NCBI GenBank assembly: GCA_049514075.1
Contig: JBEKVK010000001.1
Span: 55,297 to 119,296, forward strand
DNA: 64,000 nucleotides
Source: Candidatus Bathyarchaeia archaeon
GTDB taxonomy: Archaea > Thermoproteota > Bathyarchaeia > Bathyarchaeales > Bathycorpusculaceae
Direction: 5' to 3'
In this document: one piece after another, positions 37,243 to 47,689 of the stretch
Layout: every line of letters begins with the position of its first letter
Position numbering within the stretch: position 1 is the first letter of the stretch
The notes under the pieces: model-generated
Database searches by the model: none
Told to the model about the DNA's origin: nothing
What the model saw: the letters and a program-made list of their open reading frames with translations, nothing else
Made by a program: the position numbers and the translations under genes

Positions 37243-38790
37243 CTAAAACAGCTTGGTTGCGTCCTGAATTTGATCGCTTAATATGGCATAACGTTTCTTC
37301 GCGAAATTCAGCAGTGTTTCTCGTAGTTTTTCTCCTTTTTCTTTTGAAGCCTGAAGCCGTTTAATCTGAGACGCCAGTTTCTGGTCTTTAAGAGAATTTC
37401 TTACCCAGCTTTCAAAGTCGCCGTTTTCGATATGAAACTCGATAGCTTTCGCATCGACTTGGCAGAGAGCTTTAATGAATCCTTTTAGGCTCCAAGCCAT
37501 AGTTCCCGTGTAATATTCCTTTCCAACTCCCGTGTTGAATAAGAAGGGTTCGTTTGCTGTTAAGATTGACAGTCTTAGTCGTGATTCAAAATCGTTTAGC
37601 AAGGTTTGCGCCACGGCGAAGGCGTCCATAGGTGACTCGTATGGGCTGAAATAGGAATGCACTTCGCCAGGTCCTCCGCCTGCGGTGAACATGTAGTAGA
37701 GATGGTCGCTTGTTTGGAAATCACGCCACAGCCTGAGCCACTCAGGGTCGTCCGCTTCTTTGATGAACGGCTCCAAACGACGCAGCGCTGTATAGTACGC
37801 CCACTGCATCACGTTGCCTAACCAGCCAGATTGGTCTCTCTGCACGTCTGCCCATGAAACCGTCCCTTGAGCTTCAGGCACGTCGATTTCACCTGCAGGT
37901 GCGTTACTGGCTATAACTTCGGATGGTGTTGACATATGCAAGCTGTCAAACTTTAGTATTTCATCCGGAAGATGCTGCAGGAAACTGTGTATGCCGGTTT
38001 CAGGCCAATGATGCTCGCCGAAAGTTTCGTAGTCGGGGAAGATGTTGATACATTGACCTGGTGCACTCGCCAGCCAACCGGCGTATTTATCGGCCGTTAA
38101 CGGCCACTCGGGCCACCATCTCGCTGAAAATCGAAAGCCAATGTCGTCAGTAAGCTTGTAGTTCCTAAGCAATACACGGATTTTTTTTGCGCCTTTGGGA
38201 GTGTAGAGATAGTTAGGAGATTTTTCGCCGAGGATTTTCTCGACCCCTTCAGTGTAAATGCCCTTGTATCCCAACGATTCAACAGTCTTGGCAATAGTGT
38301 TATTATACAGCAATTCGGTGTTTTCGAAAACGTTGGGTGTGTAGCCAAGCAAGTCCTTAACGGTTTGCTTGTGCATCCTCGCCTGTTCAATAAATTCTTC
38401 TTTGTCGGGGTAAAGGCTGGCGATTGAGTGGTAATAGGTTTGGTTTAAGAATTCGACGCTTTTGGTTTGAGCAAGTTGCTTGAAGGTTTCAAGCAGGTCT
38501 GGGTCGAACATTTGGCATTGTTCGAGGAAAACGCCTGAGATGCTGAATGACACCTTGACCTGCTTAGAGTCATGCTTGTGTTTGTCTATTGAGTCGAGCA
38601 GGATTTGGTTTGAGGGGAAATAGCATTTGCGTGCAGCTCGTTTAAAGATTTCCCTATCACTCTCGTTGTCAAAATAATAGTCGAATAGTTCGTTTTTGGT
38701 GAGACGACTGAAAATTTTGCCTTCCCAAAACAGCTTGCGCTTCAGCCTGTGGGGCTGATGAACCTCAAAAGTGAACACTACATCGGTCAT
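37243..38790 (-). CDS. GH57 alpha-amylase/amylopullulanase with a C-terminal DUF5752-like domain
   Basis: EVHQP, ENTEL, DYETFGEH, SWAD and QTSDH motifs; C-terminal FH..NGDFESW. Confidence 0.9.
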   Translation of the reverse strand: MTDVVFTFEVHQPHRLKRKLFWEGKIFSRLTKNELFDYYFDNESDREIFKRAARKCYFPSNQILLDSIDKHKHDSKQVKVSFSISGVFLEQCQMFDPDLLETFKQLAQTKSVEFLNQTYYHSIASLYPDKEEFIEQARMHKQTVKDLLGYTPNVFENTELLYNNTIAKTVESLGYKGIYTEGVEKILGEKSPNYLYTPKGAKKIRVLLRNYKLTDDIGFRFSARWWPEWPLTADKYAGWLASAPGQCINIFPDYETFGEHHWPETGIHSFLQHLPDEILKFDSLHMSTPSEVIASNAPAGEIDVPEAQGTVSWADVQRDQSGWLGNVMQWAYYTALRRLEPFIKEADDPEWLRLWRDFQTSDHLYYMFTAGGGPGEVHSYFSPYESPMDAFAVAQTLLNDFESRLRLSILTANEPFLFNTGVGKEYYTGTMAWSLKGFIKALCQVDAKAIEFHIENGDFESWVRNSLKDQKLASQIKRLQASKEKGEKLRETLLNFAKKRYAILSDQIQDATKLF

Positions 38791-39181
38791 AACATTTCGT
38801 CCAGGATACAACTATCGAGAACATTTATTTCTAATTTGTCATTTCTCAGACTTTAAGTGGCGCCTGTTTCTACAGATCCAGACTTTGACGCAGCTAAAAC
38901 CAAAATTAAAGCGATACCCTAATAACGCGATTTTTCCAGCGGCGGCTTGTAGCCCTTCTTTTTGAATTTATCAGGCTTCGTTTTAGTTGGGCCATTTCCT
39001 GTTTACTCCTAAAACATCGGGTTTCTGATTTTGTCAATAAACAGATTCTTGTAAAGGTTTCTCGACAAAACTCCTCAGCGATTAGTCAAGCCTTGTAAAC
39101 AAATTCTTTCAGACAGCTTGTAGCTTAATTCAGCAAAGTTTTAAGCGCTTTAATGCAATATACATGAGCGGTTGAGAAAAG

Positions 39182-40450
39182 GTGCCTGATGTTCAGGAAG
39201 AGATTTACTCAACAATGTTCAGTTCACTTAAGCATCCTGCACGCCGAAAGATACTTCGGGTTCTCTCAGAAAAGCCCCTGACTTTTTCAGAGATGCTTGA
39301 TTTGTTGGGAGTTTCCAGTTCCAACCTGACCTACCATCTCGAAAGCTTAGGCGAACTCGTAACACAAGAAAATGGAATCTACAAGCTGTCAACTTTCGGA
39401 TCGGCTGCTGTCAGCACAATGCGAGTTGTTGAGGAGGCGCCTGAGGTTCAGCCTAAGAAGCGTGCTTCAATGTTCAAATTGAAGACGGCGCTCGCAGTCT
39501 CGCTAATTGCCCTTATTGTTGTGGCGAGCGTGGTGACCTGGGAGTTTAACGCTTTGAACCAGGCATCCATCAAACAGAACGATTTACAGTCAAAGTACAA
39601 TCAATTACAGTCATGGACTGCCTCGACAAGCACAGCGATCAATTTTCTGCAGCAGATACCTCAAATAGATACGTCACATTATCAGGCGACTTTGGTCAGC
39701 GACACGGTTGATCAGCCGTCGAATTTAGGCGGGATTTTGGAGCAGACGATGATGTATTCGCTCACAAGCAGCGACAGCAAAATGGACGTTTACTTCCGCT
39801 TCCGAAGCGGCGAGCTTTCATGGTACCAAATTATTATGCTTGAAGGTTCACCAGTCTATTCAACGCCTCAACCCTACAGCGCCCTAGATGCGGCGAAAGG
39901 GTTGCTCGGAAGACTCGCATCTTACGAGAACTCATCTTACCTTGAAAACATGAGCAGCACCCTCTTGTTGGTGAGCGGCACAATGCAGAACATGCAAGTA
40001 ACTGAAGGCAACATCGAACTGAACGTCACAATGTCTGGCGCGGACACGCAGATAGTTATGTTGTACACGGAGAACGGTGTTGATTTCTCGCCCAAATGCG
40101 TAAGCTTAACCTTTCAAGGCAACAACTTGACTGACTTGATTGACGACTGGTATCTGTTCACAGTTGGAAGTACCACAGTCAACGTTTCCAGCAGCCAGGC
40201 GGTCCAGTTGGCCCTGAACGCCGTGAAAAGCTATAGCTGGACAGCGGACGGCACCACAGTCTCCAATTTCAACGTGTTACCTTCACCCGTCTCAGTTGTT
40301 TTTCACCCGAATACTAAAAACGGGCTAGCTCTCTATCCCCAATGGACCGTGACGCTTTATCTTGACAAGGTCTACCCCGGCGGTGTAGGCAGCATAATCG
40401 TAGAAATATGGGCAGATACAGGAAAAGTCGCTCAAATGCAGAACAACTAA
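39182..40450 (+). CDS. ArsR-type HTH protein with a transmembrane helix and extracellular domain
   Basis: LKHPARRKIL..LTYHL, one TM helix, Ser/Thr-rich C-terminal region. Confidence 0.75.
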   Translation: MPDVQEEIYSTMFSSLKHPARRKILRVLSEKPLTFSEMLDLLGVSSSNLTYHLESLGELVTQENGIYKLSTFGSAAVSTMRVVEEAPEVQPKKRASMFKLKTALAVSLIALIVVASVVTWEFNALNQASIKQNDLQSKYNQLQSWTASTSTAINFLQQIPQIDTSHYQATLVSDTVDQPSNLGGILEQTMMYSLTSSDSKMDVYFRFRSGELSWYQIIMLEGSPVYSTPQPYSALDAAKGLLGRLASYENSSYLENMSSTLLLVSGTMQNMQVTEGNIELNVTMSGADTQIVMLYTENGVDFSPKCVSLTFQGNNLTDLIDDWYLFTVGSTTVNVSSSQAVQLALNAVKSYSWTADGTTVSNFNVLPSPVSVVFHPNTKNGLALYPQWTVTLYLDKVYPGGVGSIIVEIWADTGKVAQMQNN

Positions 40451-40692
40451 ACTAACTTTGAAACTCGCAGGACTATCCTGAGTGAACAGATGCCTTCGAA
40501 CAAAAGATTTTTTATTTTGGTCCACAATCTGGGGAATAAATAGGATTACTCAATCTGGGGTTGCTCTAATCCGTTGATGAAAGAGGCAGGCAGGCTCTCG
40601 TTGTGTCTGCAGGTTACTGAAAAAATGATTGTTCTTGGAAAACCCGTTCTGTGGCAAAATCGTTTTTAAATGCCATCGGGATAATTGAGTTT

Positions 40693-41091
40693 ATGCATGA
40701 ATGGTCGCTTGCCGAAGCGGTTTTAGCCTCAGCGAAAGAGATTGCTGAGAAGGAAAAACTGAAGGAAATTTTAGAGGTCACCATTCGCGTCGGCGAGCTT
40801 CAGCAGGTCGAACGGCCAATTCTGCGTTTTGCCCTTGCGGAAATGAAGACACCACTTTTCAAATGCACAAAATTCCGCATCCTTAAAGCAAAAACGACTC
40901 TCCGATGCAGGGTCTGCGGGACAGAGTGGCAGTTTGACATTAACAAAATGGACAAAGAAACAGCAGAAGCTATTCATTTTGTTCCCGAGGTTGCCCACAG
41001 CTACATTAAGTGCGCGAAATGCCACAGTCCTGACTTTGAAATCGCCAGCGGACGTGGCGTTTGGCTTGAGAGCGTAAAAGGAGCCAAATAA
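40693..41091 (+). CDS. hypA: hydrogenase maturation nickel metallochaperone HypA
   Basis: MHEW start, CRVC...CAKC and GRG motifs. Confidence 0.88.
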   Translation: MHEWSLAEAVLASAKEIAEKEKLKEILEVTIRVGELQQVERPILRFALAEMKTPLFKCTKFRILKAKTTLRCRVCGTEWQFDINKMDKETAEAIHFVPEVAHSYIKCAKCHSPDFEIASGRGVWLESVKGAK

Positions 41092-41093
41092 CT

Positions 41094-41846
41094 GTGGCTG
41101 ACCCACGAACAAGCGTGATTGATGAACGATTGAGCCGAACAAGGCGAATTATCGCTGTTTCAAGCGGCAAAGGTGGAGTCGGAAAAAGCATGATTGCAAC
41201 CATGCTCGCCTTGACCCTTGCAAATAAAGGCTGCAAAGTGGGCTTATTCGATTTGGACTTTACTGGTCCCTCAACCCACATAATCCTCGGAGCCCAAAAA
41301 ACTGTCCTTAAAGAAGAAAAAGGCATAGTCCCACCCACCGTCCAAGGCTTGCAGTACATGTCGCTAATTTACTTCGTTGGAGACAACCCTGCACCCCTCC
41401 GTGGAGCGGATGTATCCAATGCCTTAATCGAACTCCTGTCAGTTACTCAGTGGGGCCAACTTGACTTCTTAGTAATTGACATGCCTCCAGGCATTGGAGA
41501 CGCCGTCCTTGATTTGGTACGACTAATCAAACGAATAGAGTTCCTAATAGTAACCACCCCTTCCATGTTGGCTTTTGAAACTGTAAAGAAACAGGCCATC
41601 CTCCTCTGCGAGTTAAAAATGCCGATTTTGGGATTAGTGGAAAACATGAAGATTGATCGGGCAAATATCGTTCGGGTTGAAACGAAGAAGCTTGGGCTTA
41701 GTTATCTTGGTGCTATTCCCTTTGATCTGCAAGTAGAAGAGGCAATTGGGAATGAAACGAAGCTGCTTGGCACGGCAATGGGAAAGGTCATTGGAGAGGT
41801 TGCGAGAAACGCAATTTGTGCGGAGAAGAAAGAGCGATACATATGA
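41094..41846 (+). CDS. Mrp/NBP35 ATP-binding protein
   Basis: SGKGGVGKS, DMPPG and ENM motifs. Confidence 0.9.
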   Translation: MADPRTSVIDERLSRTRRIIAVSSGKGGVGKSMIATMLALTLANKGCKVGLFDLDFTGPSTHIILGAQKTVLKEEKGIVPPTVQGLQYMSLIYFVGDNPAPLRGADVSNALIELLSVTQWGQLDFLVIDMPPGIGDAVLDLVRLIKRIEFLIVTTPSMLAFETVKKQAILLCELKMPILGLVENMKIDRANIVRVETKKLGLSYLGAIPFDLQVEEAIGNETKLLGTAMGKVIGEVARNAICAEKKERYI

Positions 41847-42577
41847 GTTGCACTAAGGCGGTAATATTCGATTATGTCGGGACGCTTGTTAACTGCAGAA
41901 GCTACACGATGGAAGCCTCAAGATTCAAACTTTACCAAGCTTTATTCAAGGAAGGCTTCGACGTTACCGAGGACAGTTTTGTGCAGTCTTACACATTGGC
42001 TCATGAGAAGTTCCGCAAAGTGCGCTATGAACAGCTAAGAGAAGTAACAAACGCGATCTGGGTGGCTGAAGCTCTTAGCAATCTTGGATTTCAGGTGACC
42101 CCTAACGATTCCCGAGTGAAAGCCGCCCTGAATGTTTTCTTCCAAGACTTCATCGATACGCTTGAGTTAAGAGAAGGTGCAAAAAACCTAATCAAAAAAG
42201 CCCAAACCGACTGCAAAGTTGGCTTAATAACGAACTTCACATACGCGCCAGTTATCTATAAGAGTCTTCGGCACCTGGGAATTAGTACGTTCTTCAACGC
42301 AGTCGAAGTTTCCGAAGAGAACGGGTGGCGCAAACCAAGCAGCCGCATATTCCAAGAAGAGCTCAAAAAGCTTCATGTCCAGGCTAACGAGGCGATTTAC
42401 ATCGGCGATAGCCCGATCGAAGACATCAAAGGCGCCAAAGAAGCTGGACTAAAAACAGTTTTTGTTCCCTCCCAATTCAACAGTTTGAAAGACCTTTTGG
42501 ATAGTCAGCAAAAACCCGACTTCATAGCGAGTGACCTCAGCTCGGTCGTAGACCTTCTAGAGGAAATTCATAAGTAA
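41843..42577 (+). CDS. HAD family hydrolase
   Basis: FDYVGTL, RKP and IGDS..EDI motifs. Confidence 0.88.
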   Translation: MSCTKAVIFDYVGTLVNCRSYTMEASRFKLYQALFKEGFDVTEDSFVQSYTLAHEKFRKVRYEQLREVTNAIWVAEALSNLGFQVTPNDSRVKAALNVFFQDFIDTLELREGAKNLIKKAQTDCKVGLITNFTYAPVIYKSLRHLGISTFFNAVEVSEENGWRKPSSRIFQEELKKLHVQANEAIYIGDSPIEDIKGAKEAGLKTVFVPSQFNSLKDLLDSQQKPDFIASDLSSVVDLLEEIHK

Positions 42578-42616
42578 AATTATGGTAAAGCGTAGCTTAA
42601 CGAAAAAAGAAAGAAA

Positions 42617-43858
42617 TTAGATTTTTTTGGTACTTACAGCTGTTTCGAGCGCGACTACGCCTGGTAGTTTTTTGCCCATCAAGAACTCAATGAGTGCTCC
42701 GCCTGCAGTACTTATGTAGCCGATTTTTTTGGTTAGCCCGTATTCTTGAATTGCTGCAATGGTGTTTCCGCCGCCTGCTAGGCTGAAGGCTTTGCTGTTT
42801 GCGACAGCTTCTAAAACGGCTTTGGTTCCGTAGTTGAATTCTTTGTTTTCGTAGACGCCCATTGGTCCGGAGACAACGATGGATTTGGCTTTGCTGATAA
42901 TGGCGGCGAATTCGTCAACTGTTTTCTTTCCAATGTCGAATATGGTGTTTTCATTTGGTAGTTTGTTGACAGGGATTTCTTTACGTTTGCCAGCTACATC
43001 TAACGCGACATCTGAGGGCAAAATTATTTTGCTTGGGTATTTGGCTAGAAGCGCTTTTATGCCGGGCACGAACTGAATTAGTTCCTTCTTAATGAGAAAA
43101 TCCATAGTATTCTTGCCTAAATTGACGCCGTTAGCTGTAAGGAACAATTGCGAAGTGACGCCGCCGACTAGAACGCAATCTGCTATTCCGTTGTCCAAGA
43201 CGTACTTTGAGATTTCAAGTGCGTCGTCTGCTTTGGCTCCGCCCATCACGTAGACGCATGGGTGTTCAGGTTTCTCAAGCGACTTACTCAACGACTTCAG
43301 TTCGCGTTCCATGATTCTTCCAGCTGCTGAAGGCAAAACTGCGGTGAAGCCGACCATTGATACATGTCCGCGATGTGCAGCAGCGAAAGCGTCGTTAACG
43401 AACAAGTCTGCGAGGGGTGCAAGGTTCTGGACGAGATCGGTTTTGCTATGTGCCTCTGGTGTCCCGCTCTTGGTTTCTCCGTCCCATGAACGAACGTTTT
43501 CAAGAACCAGAATTTCCCCTGCTTGCAAGTTTTTAATTGCCATTTTTGCTTTTTCGCCAAAGAGGTCATCGACGTATTTTATTGGGCATTTAAGGATCTT
43601 CTGGAGAATCGCAGCATGTTCTTTGAGCGGAGTGAAGTCTGGGTCGCCTTTCCGTCCCTGATGTGCTAAAACAACTGTTTTGGCGCCTTTTTCCGCCAAC
43701 TCCTTAAGCGTCGATTCTGCATGAGCTTTGATGCGCACATCGCTTGTTACCTTCTTAGTTACGGGATCTATTTCTGAGTTAAAGTCTACTCTGACAAGAA
43801 CAACCTTGTTTTTTACGTCAAAATCATCAAGTGTTTTGTATTTTGCCATTTTCTCCAC
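42617..43858 (-). CDS. pgk: phosphoglycerate kinase
   Basis: RVDFN, AHQGR, NDAFAAAHR, GGAK and STAGGA motifs. Confidence 0.95.
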   Translation of the reverse strand: MEKMAKYKTLDDFDVKNKVVLVRVDFNSEIDPVTKKVTSDVRIKAHAESTLKELAEKGAKTVVLAHQGRKGDPDFTPLKEHAAILQKILKCPIKYVDDLFGEKAKMAIKNLQAGEILVLENVRSWDGETKSGTPEAHSKTDLVQNLAPLADLFVNDAFAAAHRGHVSMVGFTAVLPSAAGRIMERELKSLSKSLEKPEHPCVYVMGGAKADDALEISKYVLDNGIADCVLVGGVTSQLFLTANGVNLGKNTMDFLIKKELIQFVPGIKALLAKYPSKIILPSDVALDVAGKRKEIPVNKLPNENTIFDIGKKTVDEFAAIISKAKSIVVSGPMGVYENKEFNYGTKAVLEAVANSKAFSLAGGGNTIAAIQEYGLTKKIGYISTAGGALIEFLMGKKLPGVVALETAVSTKKI

Positions 43859-43932
43859 TTCTTCGGTTAACTTTTATGAATTCTTGAACCCAAAAAGAAA
43901 TGGGTGGGAAGAATTTCGGATTGATTGGCGGC

Positions 43933-44952
43933 TTAGAGTTTTGCTTTTTTGCCGATCATTTCGATGAATTCAACCATGCGGTTGCTAAAGCCCCATTCGT
44001 TATCATACCATGCGAAGACTTTAACGAAGTTGCTCTTTTCACCTAGGACCATGGTTAATTGTGCGTCGAAGACTGCTGAGTAAGTGCTGTGGAGTACATC
44101 GGTTGAAACTATCGGGTCTTCCGTGTACTGTAAGATGCCTTTAAGCGAGCCTTCTGCGGCTTTCTTCATGGCTTCGTTAATCTCTTCTTTTGTGACTTCT
44201 TTGCTCAGGACAGCGGTTAAGTCAACAATGGATACGTCTGGGGTAGGTACGCGCAAAGAGTAGCCGTTCATTTTTCCAGCGCAACTTGGCAAAACTAAAC
44301 CGATTGCTTTTGCCGCACCTGTGCTTGTTGGAATGATGTTGATTGCTGCTGCACGTGCCCTTCTTGGGTCCTTATGAACTAGGTCTTGAACTTTTTGATC
44401 GTTTGTGTAGCTGTGGCAAGTTGTCATGAAGCCTTTTTCCAAGCCAAAACTGTCGGCTAAAACCTTACTAACTGGTGCTAGGCAGTTTGTTGTACAAGAA
44501 GCGTTGCTCAGAATGTTGTGTTTTTCTGGGTCATAAGACTTGTCGTTTACGCCCAACACGAAAGTTGCATCTGGGTTTTCCGCTGGAGCGCTAATCAAAA
44601 CTTTTTTGGCTCCTGCTTGGAAATGTTTGCTTGCGCCTTCCCGGTTGGTGAACAAGCCTGTGGATTCCACTGCTAGGTAAACCCCAAGGTCTTTCCATGG
44701 CAGCGCTACAGGATCTTTTACGCTGAGGCATTTGAGAGTTTTTCCGTTAACGACCATGTCGTTTCCGACGACTTCGATTGTCCCAGGGAAGTGTCCGTGG
44801 ATTGAGTCATATTTAAGAAGATGCGCATTTGTTTTTGCGTCAGCGAGATCGTTGATTGCAACGAAATCAATATTTGCGTTACGTTCGAGTGCTGCACGGT
44901 AAAGTAGTCTGCCGATCCTTCCGAATCCGTTAATTCCTACTTTTATTGCCAT
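43933..44952 (-). CDS. gap: type I glyceraldehyde-3-phosphate dehydrogenase
   Basis: GINGFGRIGR, SNASCTTNCL and WYDNEWG motifs. Confidence 0.96.
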   Translation of the reverse strand: MAIKVGINGFGRIGRLLYRAALERNANIDFVAINDLADAKTNAHLLKYDSIHGHFPGTIEVVGNDMVVNGKTLKCLSVKDPVALPWKDLGVYLAVESTGLFTNREGASKHFQAGAKKVLISAPAENPDATFVLGVNDKSYDPEKHNILSNASCTTNCLAPVSKVLADSFGLEKGFMTTCHSYTNDQKVQDLVHKDPRRARAAAINIIPTSTGAAKAIGLVLPSCAGKMNGYSLRVPTPDVSIVDLTAVLSKEVTKEEINEAMKKAAEGSLKGILQYTEDPIVSTDVLHSTYSAVFDAQLTMVLGEKSNFVKVFAWYDNEWGFSNRMVEFIEMIGKKAKL

Positions 44953-45160
44953 AATATCACCATTTTTTCCATTTTTGTACAACAAACTTGACACTTATTA
45001 GTTTTCCGACACAAGATCAACAAACATTTAATCAGCAGCAAGTTTAACGTTGGAAAAATAAAAACAAACCTGGTTGAATAGATTGCCATGTAAAAATCAG
45101 TAGACGAATTAACTCTTCAAAACATTGATTCACTTTAGCGTTCAAAAGGAAATATGCAAA

Positions 45161-45556
45161 TTAGAAAATTCCGCCTTCTCTGAAGTAATAGTTTTCTTCT
45201 TTTTTGGGACCAAAGCTTCGCACCCCTTCCTGTTTTAGTTTGCAGCGCAGTTCTTCAGCGTATTCGTTCGTTATTTCACCTTTCTTCAGTAAGTAATCGA
45301 TTATTTCTCCTGCTTGTGCTTCGGTGTCACAGCGGCGGATGAAATCAACGGCGCAAGGGATAAAGTGACGCAGTTTATCTGGTGTGACAGTATCAGGTTT
45401 GGATTCAATGTCTTCCTCGATGCATTCGACGATGTCAGCTTCTGCCTCTTCAGGGTTTTTGCGAACAGCATCTATCGGGATTTTGGAATCTCCCGTTTCA
45501 AGCTCTTCGTAGAGGTTTGGGAACATCTTTTTTAGATATTCTTTGTTTATGGCCAT
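45161..45556 (-). CDS. DUF2095-like protein
   Basis: FPNL..E, DFIRRCDT and GVRSFGPKKE..YY motifs. Confidence 0.75.
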   Translation of the reverse strand: MAINKEYLKKMFPNLYEELETGDSKIPIDAVRKNPEEAEADIVECIEEDIESKPDTVTPDKLRHFIPCAVDFIRRCDTEAQAGEIIDYLLKKGEITNEYAEELRCKLKQEGVRSFGPKKEENYYFREGGIF

Positions 45557-45640
45557 TTGGCATCAATTTGAGGTTTGAAATACATATGGAAATCGGTTCT
45601 TTAAGTTCTTTGTGAGGCAAAATCAGATTTTTATTCGAGA

Positions 45641-46249
45641 TCATGCGGGGATAAAGCATTGAGTCGGGTTGTCTTTGAGCAGTTTTTCGAGGCTTTTAGT
45701 TCGTAACCCCTTCATTTCATCTCCGAAAATCTCGCATTTCCTTTTTTCTCTTTTTTCCTCGGAGGTTCGGACGACGACTTCAAGTCCATGTTTCGCAGTG
45801 GTTTCAGCATGTAAATGAAGCGACGACAGGGTTCGGCCGTGTTTGTTGACGGTTGTCCAAGCGGTTTTCAGGAGTTTTATTCCTTGGGCTTTTAGGATAT
45901 TGACGATTTCTTGTGGGTCATCAGCGTAGGCTGCGATGTCTATATCGCTTCCATTGCGGATTGTGCCTCGCCAGACGCTACCAATTAAAACGGGACAGTA
46001 ATCATCAATAACCTTCATAACCTGCAAGGCTTCCCTGCGCATCTCTACTAGTCGTTCTTTCCTGTTTTCACCTTCGTTTTCCTCGGCAATCTTGTCCAGT
46101 TCAAGCGCCACTTCCAGATTAGAAGGCAAAAAATGTGTGCCCAGCGTTTGTGCTGCTCGTGTTTTGGCTTGCTTGTATTCTTTTTCAGCCCCAAAATAAA
46201 GAAGGGTAGCTGCTTCCCTCGCAACCTTAGACTTTAAGTCGGTGGCCAA
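45641..46249 (-). CDS. nucleotidyltransferase domain protein
   Basis: EYKQAK...PSN...GSVWRG...SDID. Confidence 0.8.
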   Translation of the reverse strand: MATDLKSKVAREAATLLYFGAEKEYKQAKTRAAQTLGTHFLPSNLEVALELDKIAEENEGENRKERLVEMRREALQVMKVIDDYCPVLIGSVWRGTIRNGSDIDIAAYADDPQEIVNILKAQGIKLLKTAWTTVNKHGRTLSSLHLHAETTAKHGLEVVVRTSEEKREKRKCEIFGDEMKGLRTKSLEKLLKDNPTQCFIPA

Positions 46250-46270
46250 TTAACCCGCCAAGCGCTACTG

Positions 46271-47521
46271 TCAGCGTTTCGCTACTGTTTCGTAAAGGTC
46301 GATTGTTTTTGCCGCAATTTTGCTCCAAGTGAACTCGGCGATTACACGTTTTCTGCCATTTTTCCCAAGCATCTTTGTCCTTTCAGGGTTTTCTAGTGCG
46401 CTAATTACTCCCCATGCGATGTCGGAGGGGTTGTTTGGGTCAACGTGGAATCCGCATTGTTCTTCGCCGCAGCAGATGACTATTTCTCGCATTCCGCTGA
46501 CACCTGCGGCGCCGACGACAACTGTCTTCTCCATGCTCATTGCTTCAAGCGCTACGATGCCAAAGGGTTCATAGAAGCTTGGGAATACGGCTATGTCGCA
46601 TGCTGCGTAATGCGCGATTCGTTCTTCCTCGGGTATGAAATCGAAGCAGAACTTAACGTATTGGTCAAGCCTCATGGTTCTGGTCAGGTTCATCAAGTAT
46701 TCTTGCAGATCGCCGACGCCCACAATCACCAGCCGTGCGTTAGGAATCTTAGTCAGGATGTGAGGCATGGCCATTATTAGTTTGTCAACGCCTTTGACGC
46801 CGACGAGCCTGCCAAGGAAAAGAACCATAAATTGGTCATCGCCGATCCCGTATTTGCTTCTAACTCGTTTGATGTCGGCGGCAGAAACGTTTGCAGGGTT
46901 GTATTTTTGGGGGTCAACACCATTATAGCTAACCTGGATCTTGTCTCTGGGAAAACCAAGCTGGATAAGCTCATCCTTCATCGCGTAAGAAACTGTCACA
47001 ACCAAATCTGCCATTTTGCCCGCTCGTAACTCGATGTTGCTCACCACGCTCGAGCCGTTGCCCAAGGTACGGCCTTTTTCGGTTGAATGAACGTGGAAAG
47101 CAAGCGGCAGGCCTATTTCTCTTTTAACTGTGATTCCACCCATGGCTGAAAGCCAGTCGTGGGCCACGACAATGTCGTATTTCATGTTTTCTTTCTTGAT
47201 CAATTCGTTGATGAGTTTGGCTGCTGACAAGTAATTGTAAACCATGAGTTTGCCGAAGAAATGAAGGCCTCTGCCCCACTTCTTTATGTCCTCTGCAATC
47301 ACATCAGGCAGTGAATCAGAAATGTCTATGTGGAGAGGACGGTGAATTTCGATTCCCCGCCAAATCTCCCGGGTAGGCAAAGAGCCGGCGTCATCGTTCA
47401 TTGTGAAAACAGTTACATCATGATCGTCCAAAACAAACTTTCTAGTTATTTCAGCCGCGTAAGTGCCTAATCCACCAACAATTTTAGGTGGATACTCATA
47501 AACAAAGACTGCAAGTTTCAT
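46271..47521 (-). CDS. GT4 glycosyltransferase (glycogen synthase-like)
   Basis: EYPP..VGGLG, AHDW, HSTE.GR and EPFGIVALEAM motifs. Confidence 0.92.
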   Translation of the reverse strand: MKLAVFVYEYPPKIVGGLGTYAAEITRKFVLDDHDVTVFTMNDDAGSLPTREIWRGIEIHRPLHIDISDSLPDVIAEDIKKWGRGLHFFGKLMVYNYLSAAKLINELIKKENMKYDIVVAHDWLSAMGGITVKREIGLPLAFHVHSTEKGRTLGNGSSVVSNIELRAGKMADLVVTVSYAMKDELIQLGFPRDKIQVSYNGVDPQKYNPANVSAADIKRVRSKYGIGDDQFMVLFLGRLVGVKGVDKLIMAMPHILTKIPNARLVIVGVGDLQEYLMNLTRTMRLDQYVKFCFDFIPEEERIAHYAACDIAVFPSFYEPFGIVALEAMSMEKTVVVGAAGVSGMREIVICCGEEQCGFHVDPNNPSDIAWGVISALENPERTKMLGKNGRKRVIAEFTWSKIAAKTIDLYETVAKR

Positions 47522-47689
47522 CCTAAACTTTCACCAGTTCACCATTAGGATGGGAATCTTGATACTAAAGCTTTGCTTAACTCGCTGTTGGCAAAGAGCA
47601 GAACATCGAAAAAGGAAGCTTCAAAGCAGCTGTAGGGGAAAAGTTTGATTAGGAAGCTGCACATAGCCTAATTGGCAAGGTGCCTTTAA

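Noticed and set aside
40525-40560. CAATCTGGGG repeated twice upstream of hypA
   Set aside because: Only two 10-mers; cannot be distinguished from chance without comparative data.
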